The position numbers and the translations under genes were made by a program. Under the pieces are notes generated by a model, which saw only the letters and a list, made by a program, of their open reading frames with translations, had not been told where the DNA came from and ran no database searches. Shown here one piece after another: positions 25,175 to 35,000 of a DNA stretch of 64,000 nt (the stretch's first letter is position 1; every line of letters starts with the position of its first letter). Location: contig CAZIQM010000001.1 in assembly GCA_964541635.1 (NCBI GenBank), forward strand, positions 5,852-69,851, read 5' to 3'. Origin of the DNA: an uncultured Candidatus Peribacteria bacterium (GTDB taxonomy: Bacteria > Patescibacteriota > Gracilibacteria > Peribacterales > Peribacteraceae).

Positions 25175-25205
25175 CACCCCCTTTTTGTCACTCCTCCTCT
25201 TCCCT

Positions 25206-28200
25206 ATGGGTACGCGCACTGTATCCGTCCTCTCGCTCCTCGCGCTGTCGCTGAACGCGACCGCCGCGATGGCCGCCGAACCCGCGCAAGCGCCGTTCGG
25301 TTCGCGCGACATGGACTCGCAGGTGGACCTCTCGCAGGCCTACCTGCCCGAAGCGGTCTACGTCACGAGCGTGGCGGCGAACGTCACGGACACCTCCGTG
25401 GCGGGATCGTTCACGGTGGAGAACACGGAAGACGTCCTCGTCACCGGCCTGCAGTACCGCTTGGAACTGCGCGGCACCGGGAAGCTCGACGGACTCCCCT
25501 ACGCGATCGACGTGGTGCGCGCGTCGTTGGCGTTGGCCCCCCAGGAAAGCAAGAAACTCCTCTTCGCGACCGCCCTCCCGAACGTCCCGGCCGGCCGCTA
25601 TGACCTGCGCGTGCAGCTCCTGACCGCCAAGGGCCGCGCCCTCGGTTGGCAGGACACGCCGGTGGTCGTCGCCGCCGAGCGCGGCGCGACGGATTTCGTC
25701 ACGGTCGTGCCGGGCACGATCGGCATCGCCGCGTACGGCGACGAACTCCTGCCCCCGCTCTCGGGCCCCAACGTCGATCCCTCCGGCGCCATGACCCTGC
25801 GCGCCACGGCGATCAACGACACCGACCACGCCATCCGCGTGACGCCGGTCATCGACCTCTACGACTTCAACGCCGCGCGCGTCGGGCTCGGCAGCCTGGA
25901 ATACTCCGACCTCAACGTCGCCGCGGGCGAAACGGTGAAGCTCGACCTCCCGGTCACGGCCGACGCCGTCCCGGGCACCTACATGGCCCACCTCACGCTC
26001 AAGGACGCCGACACCGGCGAGACCCTCTCGAGCATCGCCCAGTACCGCTACGTGGTGAAAGGCGAGGACGCCGACATCGTCTCGGTCCGCATCGAGAACA
26101 TGGGCACGAAGGCAGGCGACTGGGCCTACGGCACGGTCGACATGGCCGGCGCCGCCGACGCCCTCACGACCACCGTCGCCACGCTCCGCGTGCAGCTGAC
26201 GGACGACAAGGGCACGGTCGGCTCGATCGACGTCCCGGGCATCACGCTCGCCGACTCGATCCTCTCCGCCAAGATCCGCATCCCGCTCTCGCGCGACCTC
26301 GTGGGCGCCCCGAGCGTGGACGCGAGCCTCCTCAGCGACTCCAACACGACCTACGACCACGTGACCTACGCCGGCACGCTGACGCCCGCGCAGCTCGCGG
26401 GCCTCACGCAGGACAAGGCGTTCAATAACTGGGTGGCCTGGCACGGCCTCTCCCGCATCGCCCTCTTCGCCTTCATCGCGATGGCCATGGGCTACGCGCT
26501 CTTCGCGGTCGCGTCGCGCATGCGCGCTTCGATCGCCTTCGCGCGCGCCGCGACGGCGGCGTTCCTCCTCGTCGCGTTCGTCGGCAACGTCGGTTCCGCG
26601 TTCGCGGCCGGCAGCGGCGGCATCGAGACCCTCACGCCGGTCAACGGCAGCGCGGTCTTCGCCCCGCTCGGCAACCGCCCGATCATCGCGCTGTTCGTGA
26701 ACAGCCCGGTGCACGGCCAGGCCAACAACTTCTGCAACCGCCAGATCCAGCTCAGCTACCGCCTGGAATACGGCGTGTGCGAGAACGAAATCGCCTACGC
26801 CCGCGTCGTCGGACGCGTCACGCGCAACGGCGGCCTCATCAGCGCCTACGACGTCCCCGGAACGGCCTGGGACACCGTGCACAACCGCACGTACCAGAGC
26901 CAGTTCTGCAACAACCACTTCTGCTTCCAGGAGGAGAACTTCAGCGGCATGGTCGACCTCACGAACATCGTGGACCAGAACGCCAACACCGCCACGCTCC
27001 AGCTCCTCGCCAAGTGGGGCAAGAACCTCTCGATGCCCGACGCGAGCTTCGACCGCACCGACCCGTACATCAACCTCGGCTGGGCCCACGCGTTGAACAT
27101 CCACCTGCAGTGCACGCCGCCGCAGCTGAACGTCACCAAGACCGTCCAGTCCGGCTCGGCCACGCCCGGCAGCACCGTGACCTACACGTTCGCCGTCACC
27201 AACGGCGGCCAGACGAACGCCCCGAACGTCACGCTCAACGACATCTTCCTGAACGGCAACACGCGCTACATGCCGTTCGAATACGTCGGCGCCAACGGCG
27301 CCACGTGCTCGTTCGACACCGGCGCGGTGCAGCTCTCCTGCACGCTCGGCGCGCTCACGCCCGGCCAAACGAAGACCTTCACGGCTTCGTTCCGCGTGCC
27401 GCAGAACCAACCGCAGCTGTGCGGCCAGACCGTGCGCAACCGCGCGGAGGTCCGCACGAACAACCAGTCGACGGGCTCCGCCAGCGCCGAAGCGCAGGTG
27501 AACGTCGTCTGCCCCCCGAGCTACGGCTGCGTGGAAGTCTTCAAGGAAGGCTTCACGTCCGACAACCAGCGCATCACGGGACCGCTCCCCTCCTTCACCT
27601 TCAAGCTCGATAACCAGATCACGACGACGAGCGACCAGAACGGCTTCGCCCGCTTCGAGAACGTCCAGCCCGGCACGCACTCCGTGTCGGAAATCGCCCA
27701 AAGCGGTTGGACGAACTTCCTCATCACGCCCCAAAACGGCTTCGTGACGGTCCAGGCCGGCTCGAACTGCGCAGGCGTGACGGTGAAAAACCGCCAGGAC
27801 CCGCAGGACGCCGACCTCCAGCTCGCCAAGACGGGCCCGCAGACGGTCGTCCGCGGTTCCACCGCCACCTACGCGCTCACGGTGAAGAACAACGGCCCCG
27901 TGTCCGCCACGAACACCATCGTGCGCGACACGATCCCGGCCGGCACGTCGTTCAACGCCGCGCAGTCGGACACGCGCTGCTCGATGCAGGGCAACAGCGT
28001 CGCCTGCAACGTCGGCACGCTCACGCCGGGCCAAACGGTCACGGTGTCCCTCGTGCTCAACGTCGCGAACCCCGATCCCGCCTCGTGCGCCCCGGGCACC
28101 ATCGTGAACCAAGCCGCCGCGCTCAGCGACCGCGTGGACAACAACCTCGCGAACAACCAATCGTCCTTCACCACGCAGGCAACGTGCCCGCAGCCGCAGG

Positions 28201-31200
28201 TCGGGTGCATCGAAATCCTCAAGGAAGGCTTCACGTCCGACAACCAGCGCATCACGGGCGCCCTCCCGGCGTTCTCGTTCAAGCTCGACGGCAACCAAAC
28301 CGTCCAGACGGACGCCCTCGGCCGCGCGACGTTGCAGAACGTCACGCCGGGCCAGCACACGGTCACCGAACTCACGGCCTCCGGATGGACGAACTTCCTC
28401 GTCACGCCGCAAAACGGCGTGGTGAACGTCCAAGCGGGCACGGCCTGCGCGGGCGTGACCTTCAAGAACCGCCAGGACGCGCACGACGCCGACCTCTCGC
28501 TCGTGAAAACGGGCCCGGCCAGCGTGACCCGCGGCACGACCGCGACGTACGCGCTCGCCGCGAAGAACAACGGCCCGACCGCCGCCCCGAACACGATCGT
28601 CCGCGACGAACTCCCGGCCGGCACGACCTTCAACGCCGCCCAGTCGGATAACCGCTGCACGCTCCAGGGCAACAGCATCGTCTGCAACATCGGCACGCTC
28701 GCGATCGGCCAAACGATCACGCTGTCGATCGCGCTGAACGTCCCGTCGTCGTACGTCGGAGCCACGCTCGTGAACCGCGCCGCGGTGTTGAGCGACCTCC
28801 AGGACCCAAACCTCGACAACAACCAGTCGGTCTTCACCTCGCAGGTGGCCATCGTGCAACCGCAGGTCGGCTGCATCGACGTCTTCAAGGAAGGCTTCGA
28901 CGCCGGCGGCAGCCGCCTCGGCACGGTGCCCCCGTTCACATTCATCCTCGACGGCAGCGGTGCTCTGAACGTCCACACGAATAGCGCCGGCAGCGCGCGC
29001 TTCGTGAACGTTCCCGTCGGCCAACACACGGTCTCGGAAGTCACGGCCAGCGGCTGGACCCTCTTCAACACGACGCCCACGGGCGGCGTGGTGAACGTCG
29101 CCGCGGGTTCCACCTGCGCCGGCGTCGTCTTCAAAAACCGCCAGCAACCGCTGAACGCCGACGTCTCGATCGTGAAATCCGGACCGGCCACGGCCGTCCG
29201 CGGCGGCAACCTCACCTACAGCCTCACGGTCACGAACAACGGCCCGGCCGTCGCGCAGAACGTAATGGTCGACGACCAGCTCCCCTCCGGCCTCGGCACG
29301 CCCGTGGTGTCCGGCGCGGGATGCACGGTCAATAACGGCCTCGTGCACTGCGTGATCGGCCCGATGAACGTGAACGACCAACGCATCATCACGATCAACG
29401 TCCCCGTGCCGTCGCAGCAGACCTGCCAGCCCGGCTCGGTGACGAACACCGCCACCGTCACGTCGCAGAACGACTCGCAGGCGGGCAACAACGCGAGCTC
29501 CGTCACCACGCAGCTCCAGTGCCCCACGCAGCAGCAGGCGGACCTCCTGGTGCAGAAAACCGGCCCGGCCTCCGTGGTCCGCGGCCAGAACGCGCAGTAC
29601 ACGATCCTCATGAAGAACAACGGCCCGGCCGCGTCGCCGAACACGATCGTCGGCGACCCGCTCCCCGCGGGCACGACGTTCGTCGCCGCCCAATCCGATA
29701 ACCGCTGCCAGCTCTCGGGCAACGCCGTCTTCTGCAACCTCGGCACGATGGCCCTGAACCAGCAGATCACGTTCACGCTCACGCTAAACGTCACCGCGCA
29801 GGCGCAGTGCCAGGCCGGAACGCTCCTCAACCGGGCGTCGGTCCTGGGCGACCTGCAGGATCCCTTCCTCGACAACAACCAGTCGACCTTCACGTCGCAG
29901 GTGACGTGCCCGAGCCCGACCACGGCCGACGTCTCGGTCGCGAAGACCGGACCGAGCACCGTCGTGCGCGGCACGAACCTCTCCTACGGCATCACGGTCA
30001 GCAACCTCGGCCCCGCCACCGCGAGCGGCGTCGTCCTCTCGGACGCCGTCCCCGCCGGCCTCACGCTCGTCTCCTCGGGTTCCGGCTGCTTGCTGAACAA
30101 CGGCGTCGTGACCTGCCAAATCGGCGCCCTCCCGACCGCGCAAACGCGCACCTACTCGTTCGTGTATTCGACCGGCTCCGCCCAGAACTGCGCGGCGGGC
30201 ACGGCCACGAACGTCGCCAACGTCACGTCGACCTCGACGGACCCGAACACCGCGAACAACCAGTCGACCGTCACGACGCAGATCACCTGCCCGTCGTCGA
30301 CCGGCAAGGACGTCCAGATCGCGAAGACGGGCCCCTCGGTCGTCACGCGCGGCGAGAACTTCACCTACACGCTGACCGTCACGAACAACGGTCCGGCTAC
30401 GGCCACGGGCGTCGTCGTCACCGACGTCCTCCCGAGCGGCCTCACGTTCGTCTCCACGAGCGCCGAATGCCAGAACCTGAACGGCGTCGTGACCTGCCAG
30501 GCGGGCACGATCGGCGCCGCACAATCGCGCGCGTTCTCGGTCACGGTGGTCGCCCCGGCCGTCAGCTCCTGCACGCAGGCGTCCGTCACGAACACCGCGA
30601 CGGTCACGTCGTCGGGCACGGATAACAACGTCGGCAACAACTCGAGCTCGCTCACCACGCAGGTGAACTGCCCGAACGCGCAGCTCGGCTGCATCGACGT
30701 CATCAAGGAAACGTACGACACGAACGGCAACGTCCTCACGCCGGTCACGCAGTTCACGTTCAACCTCGACGGATCGCGCACCGCCGTCAACGACGGCCAG
30801 GGCCGCGCCCGCTTCGAGAACGTGACCCTCGGCCAGCACACCGTGACGGAAAACCTCCCGAGCGGCTGGACCCAGCTCCTCGTGACGCCTTCCGGCGGCC
30901 TCGTGAACGTCACGGCCGGCACGTGCGTCGCCGTCTCGTTCAAGAACAAGCAGACCATCCAGAACTCCGGAAGCTTCTCGATCACGAAGACCGACCACGA
31001 AACGGAAGTCGAACCGGGCGACACGCTCGAGTACGAAATCCGCGTCCGCAACAACTCCTCGGTCCGCGTCACGAACGTGACGGTGACGGACACGCTGCCC
31101 GACGAAGTCGAATTCCAGGACGCCTCGCCGAACGAGTCGTCCGAGAACGGCCGCGTGATCCGCTGGGAGAACCAGACGTTCGAAGCCAACGAAGAGAAGC

Positions 31201-31856
31201 TGTACCGCGTCGAAGTCGACGTCGACGACGACGCCGACGGCACGCTCTACAACACGGCCGAGGCGCGCGGCGTCTCCGCGACGGACCGCACAGACGTCGA
31301 TGACAACGGCAACCACAACGGCAACGCGGAAATCGACCTGACCAAGACCGCGAGCACGTCGGAAGTGTTCCCCGGCGGCATCATCGATTACACGGTGCGC
31401 GTCCGCAACACGGGCGACGACCCGATCGAGAACCTCACCGTCACCGACCAGCTCCCGGCCGACGTGATCGTCATCGACGACGGCGACGCGGACAGCCGCA
31501 GCGGCCGCCGCCTGGAATGGGAAATCGACGAACTCGATGACGGCGACGAGGAAATCTTCCGCTACCGCGTCTCCGTGCCGACCTACATGGTCGCCGGCCA
31601 GATCATCCGCAACAACGTGTGCGTCGAAGCCGACGACCTCGACAACGACGAATGCGAAAGCGTGACCGTCAGCGTCCTGGGCATGATCCCGAAGACGGGT
31701 GCTAAGGCGCCGGAGCACGACACGCACCTGACGCCGGTCGCCGCGCACGACGCGCCGAGCGACGGGACCCTCCCCTTCTTCGGCCTCATCGCCCTCGCGG
31801 GCGCCGCCACGGGCGCGGGCCTCGGATTCGGCCGGAAGATGCTGTTTGGCATCTAA
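25206..31856 (+). CDS. giant cell-surface protein (2216 aa) with CARDB-like N-terminal domains, an internal TM pair, about 9 DUF11 repeats, 4 SpaA/Cna-B-type domains and a C-terminal sortase-like sorting signal
   Basis: Signal peptide MGTRTVSVLSLLALSLNATAAMA. Repeats of the form L.KTGP..V.RG....Y.L.V.NNGP. GC(I/V)E..KEGF...G.H.V.E...GWT modules. C-terminus IPKTG...FFGLIALAGAATGAGLGFGRK. Confidence 0.9.
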   Translation: MGTRTVSVLSLLALSLNATAAMAAEPAQAPFGSRDMDSQVDLSQAYLPEAVYVTSVAANVTDTSVAGSFTVENTEDVLVTGLQYRLELRGTGKLDGLPYAIDVVRASLALAPQESKKLLFATALPNVPAGRYDLRVQLLTAKGRALGWQDTPVVVAAERGATDFVTVVPGTIGIAAYGDELLPPLSGPNVDPSGAMTLRATAINDTDHAIRVTPVIDLYDFNAARVGLGSLEYSDLNVAAGETVKLDLPVTADAVPGTYMAHLTLKDADTGETLSSIAQYRYVVKGEDADIVSVRIENMGTKAGDWAYGTVDMAGAADALTTTVATLRVQLTDDKGTVGSIDVPGITLADSILSAKIRIPLSRDLVGAPSVDASLLSDSNTTYDHVTYAGTLTPAQLAGLTQDKAFNNWVAWHGLSRIALFAFIAMAMGYALFAVASRMRASIAFARAATAAFLLVAFVGNVGSAFAAGSGGIETLTPVNGSAVFAPLGNRPIIALFVNSPVHGQANNFCNRQIQLSYRLEYGVCENEIAYARVVGRVTRNGGLISAYDVPGTAWDTVHNRTYQSQFCNNHFCFQEENFSGMVDLTNIVDQNANTATLQLLAKWGKNLSMPDASFDRTDPYINLGWAHALNIHLQCTPPQLNVTKTVQSGSATPGSTVTYTFAVTNGGQTNAPNVTLNDIFLNGNTRYMPFEYVGANGATCSFDTGAVQLSCTLGALTPGQTKTFTASFRVPQNQPQLCGQTVRNRAEVRTNNQSTGSASAEAQVNVVCPPSYGCVEVFKEGFTSDNQRITGPLPSFTFKLDNQITTTSDQNGFARFENVQPGTHSVSEIAQSGWTNFLITPQNGFVTVQAGSNCAGVTVKNRQDPQDADLQLAKTGPQTVVRGSTATYALTVKNNGPVSATNTIVRDTIPAGTSFNAAQSDTRCSMQGNSVACNVGTLTPGQTVTVSLVLNVANPDPASCAPGTIVNQAAALSDRVDNNLANNQSSFTTQATCPQPQVGCIEILKEGFTSDNQRITGALPAFSFKLDGNQTVQTDALGRATLQNVTPGQHTVTELTASGWTNFLVTPQNGVVNVQAGTACAGVTFKNRQDAHDADLSLVKTGPASVTRGTTATYALAAKNNGPTAAPNTIVRDELPAGTTFNAAQSDNRCTLQGNSIVCNIGTLAIGQTITLSIALNVPSSYVGATLVNRAAVLSDLQDPNLDNNQSVFTSQVAIVQPQVGCIDVFKEGFDAGGSRLGTVPPFTFILDGSGALNVHTNSAGSARFVNVPVGQHTVSEVTASGWTLFNTTPTGGVVNVAAGSTCAGVVFKNRQQPLNADVSIVKSGPATAVRGGNLTYSLTVTNNGPAVAQNVMVDDQLPSGLGTPVVSGAGCTVNNGLVHCVIGPMNVNDQRIITINVPVPSQQTCQPGSVTNTATVTSQNDSQAGNNASSVTTQLQCPTQQQADLLVQKTGPASVVRGQNAQYTILMKNNGPAASPNTIVGDPLPAGTTFVAAQSDNRCQLSGNAVFCNLGTMALNQQITFTLTLNVTAQAQCQAGTLLNRASVLGDLQDPFLDNNQSTFTSQVTCPSPTTADVSVAKTGPSTVVRGTNLSYGITVSNLGPATASGVVLSDAVPAGLTLVSSGSGCLLNNGVVTCQIGALPTAQTRTYSFVYSTGSAQNCAAGTATNVANVTSTSTDPNTANNQSTVTTQITCPSSTGKDVQIAKTGPSVVTRGENFTYTLTVTNNGPATATGVVVTDVLPSGLTFVSTSAECQNLNGVVTCQAGTIGAAQSRAFSVTVVAPAVSSCTQASVTNTATVTSSGTDNNVGNNSSSLTTQVNCPNAQLGCIDVIKETYDTNGNVLTPVTQFTFNLDGSRTAVNDGQGRARFENVTLGQHTVTENLPSGWTQLLVTPSGGLVNVTAGTCVAVSFKNKQTIQNSGSFSITKTDHETEVEPGDTLEYEIRVRNNSSVRVTNVTVTDTLPDEVEFQDASPNESSENGRVIRWENQTFEANEEKLYRVEVDVDDDADGTLYNTAEARGVSATDRTDVDDNGNHNGNAEIDLTKTASTSEVFPGGIIDYTVRVRNTGDDPIENLTVTDQLPADVIVIDDGDADSRSGRRLEWEIDELDDGDEEIFRYRVSVPTYMVAGQIIRNNVCVEADDLDNDECESVTVSVLGMIPKTGAKAPEHDTHLTPVAAHDAPSDGTLPFFGLIALAGAATGAGLGFGRKMLFGI

Positions 31857-31885
31857 GCGGCTAAAGCATCGCCATCACGCCAATG

Positions 31886-31908
31886 AGGCTTCCTCGGGAA
31901 GCCTTTTT
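31886..31908 (+). terminator. intrinsic terminator of giant gene 1
   Basis: AGGCTTCC-tcg-GGAAGCCT-TTTTGG. Confidence 0.8.
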
Positions 31909-31952
31909 GGCATGTTTAGCAGTGAGGATCGACTGTTTTGCCCAGGAAAACA

Positions 31953-31982
31953 TTGACAAAAAAGATCATATGGGCCAATACT
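31953..31982 (+). promoter_or_regulatory. candidate promoter of giant gene 2
   Basis: TTGACA-N18-AATACT in an AT-rich spacer, followed by a CT-rich leader. Confidence 0.45.
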
Positions 31983-32013
31983 ATTTTCTTTCTATCTCTC
32001 TCCCTCCCGGTTT

Positions 32014-35000
32014 ATGGTCCGTTCGACGTTGCAGAAGCGCACCGCTTCCGCCCTCCTCCTTACGACCATCGCGGTCCAGCTGCACGTCAGCGGAGCGCTC
32101 TCGGCGTTGCAGAACACGCCGGTCTTCCGGCCGTTCATCGGCGTCCCCGCTGCGGAAGCGCAGACGACGGGCTTCTATGATGAAGGCGCCATGCCGAAGT
32201 ACGGCAAGACGTGGATCGCGTCGATCACGTGCCGCGATTCGAACGGGGCCACCACGACGATCGGCGGAACGGGAAACCCCGAAGTGGTGAAGAACGCCGT
32301 GCGCCAAGCCATCGCGAACCGCGGCCTCGGCCTCACGCCGCCGAACAACCCGATCGTCCGCACGGACGGCGGCACGGGAGCGGGTTTCAACTGGAACGAC
32401 AACAGCGGCACGCCCGCGCTGAACGACCTCAATGCCGTGTGCCAGATCCTTGGCTATCCCACGTACATCAGCTCGACCTGCCGCGACGAAGAGCGTTCGG
32501 GCATCTACCCGAACGGCAAGTGCAACTTCCACTCGCCCGAAGACAACCAACTCTCGCGCCTGAGCGGCACCTTCACGACCTCCGCCTGCAGCGACGGCGT
32601 GGATAACGACGGCGACGGACGCGTCGACTTCCCCTCCGATCCGGGCTGCGTGAACGCGCAGGACACCGACGAAGCGGATCCGACGAACAACGCCCGCTGC
32701 TTGAGCATCATCACCCCGAACGTCATCAACGTGGGCCAGCAATTCCAGGCCACGGTCACGATGCAGAACAACGGCGGCACGACGTGGAGCACGAGCAACT
32801 ACAAACTCAGCTCCGAGAACCCCATGGATAACCTCACGTGGGGCATCAACCGCGTGGACCTCCCGCAGAACACCGCGGTGAACGGCAGCGCGACCTTCAC
32901 GTTCACGGCCACGGCGCCGTCGACGCAGGGAACGTACAACTTCGATTTCGGCATGGTGCAGACCAACCTCGGCCACTTCGGCGAGATCTGCCGCAAGAGC
33001 CTCACCCTGACGCCGGTCCAGTGCCCGTCGTCCACGGTGAACGCCACCTTCGAAGGCAACCAAGGACCGTGGGAAGACGTCGCCCCGAACGGCGACGCCA
33101 AGGCCCCGACCTTCGTGGGCAACGTACAGCCCGGCACCGTCATGAAAGTGAACTCGGTGAACGGGACGTACTCCGCCCGCATCTACGGCGGCGTCGACCA
33201 ACTCCCGGTGAGCTGCGACAACGGCACGCTCAGCTTCACGGGCAACAGCAACAGCACGATCTCGAGCATCAAGCTCAACGCGATCGGCAGCAACGGCGTC
33301 ACGGTGCCGAACGGCGCCACGCGCGCGTTCGTGAGCCACGACGAACCCGGCTCGTTCAACTACTTCGATAACTCCGGCAACCGCGACCACCGCGCCCCCT
33401 GCCAGGTGAACTTCGGCATCGTGCCGACGTCGTGCCAGCAGCCCCAGTGCCGCGACGGCCTCGATAACGACGGCGACGGACTCACCGACTTCCCGGCCGA
33501 TCCGGGCTGCATCAACCAGGACGACAACGACGAATCGCCGCGCAACATCGGCAACCTCGACGTCGAAAAGGTCCTCGACGGCCAGATCGTCCCGGGCCAG
33601 ACGGCGCAGTACACGATCACGGTCCGCAACAACGGCAACGTCGCCGCGCAGAACGTGAACGTCTACGACTACTTCCTCGACGACCAGGACCTCAAGTACG
33701 TGCCCTTCACGTACGTCTCGAGCGCCGGCGTGAACTGCTCCTACCAGTCGGGCCTCCAGCAGGTGTCCTGCCCGGTCGGGACGGTCGCCGCCGGATCGAC
33801 GGTCACGATCACCCTCCGCTTCAACGTCCCGCAAACCCAATCCTGCAACACGCAGGTAAAGAACCGCGTCGACGCGTGGATCAACGGTCAGCAGGCCGGC
33901 GCCGACACCGACGACGTCTCGTCGGGCGTCCAGTGCCCCTTCCAGTGCTCCGACGGCCGCGATAACGACGGCGACGGACTCACGGACTTCCCGCAGGATC
34001 CGGGCTGCGTAAACGCGCAGGACAACGACGAATTCAACGCTCCCCAGTGCCAGGACGGCATCGATAACGACCAGGACGGCGTCACGGACTACCCGAACGA
34101 CTTCTCCTGCTCATCCCCGACGGACAACGACGAAACGAACCCCAAGGCCGCCTGCCAGGACGGCCTCGATAACGACAACGACGGACGCGTCGACTTCCCG
34201 CAGGACGTCGGTTGCGTGAACAACCAGGACAACGACGAAACGGATCCCTACACGTTCCTCTACGTGTACAAAACCGGCCCCGTCGACGCCACCCGCGGCT
34301 CGAACATCCCCTACACGATCAACGTCCGCAACAACGGCGCTTCCATCGCGCAGAACGTGGTGGTCCAGGACATCTTCCCGACCGGCCTCTCGTTCGTCGC
34401 CGCCCAAAGCACCGCGGGCTGCACGGCGGGTCCGAACACGATCACCTGCAACGTCGGCGCCATCCAGCCCGGCCAAGACAAGGAACTGACGCTCGTCTTC
34501 ACCGCCACCACGACGGTCGCGTGCGAAGGCATCGTCCAGAACCGCGCGCAGGCCACGGCCTCGAACGTGCAGGGCACGAGCGTGGGCAACCAGTGGTCCA
34601 CGACGATCCACTGCACCGCGCAGTGCCAGGACGGCATCGACAACGACGGCGACGGAGCGACGGACTACCCGAACGACTTCAGCTGTTCGTCCCCGACCGA
34701 CACCGACGAAACGAACCCGAAGGCGGCCTGCCAGGACGGCGTCGACAACGACGGTGACGGCCTGACGGACTTCCCCCAAGACCCGGGCTGCGTCAGCAAG
34801 CAGGACAACGACGAATCGAACGCGTCGCAGTGCAACGACGGCATCGACAACGACGGCGACGGAGCGACCGATTACCCGAACGACTTCAGCTGTTCGTCCC
34901 CGACCGACACCGACGAAACGAACCCGAAGGCGGCCTGCCAGGACGGCTTCGACAACGACTTCGACGGCAAAGTCGACTTCCCGCAGGATCCCGGTTGCGC

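Noticed and set aside
25188-31748. Minus-strand ORFs of 1501 aa (25188-29693), 654 aa (29784-31748) and others opposite giant gene 1
   Set aside because: Their Arg/Gly/Asp/Val-rich composition mirrors the repeats of the plus-strand gene. The plus strand has a signal peptide, DUF11/SpaA repeats, a sorting signal, a promoter and a terminator.
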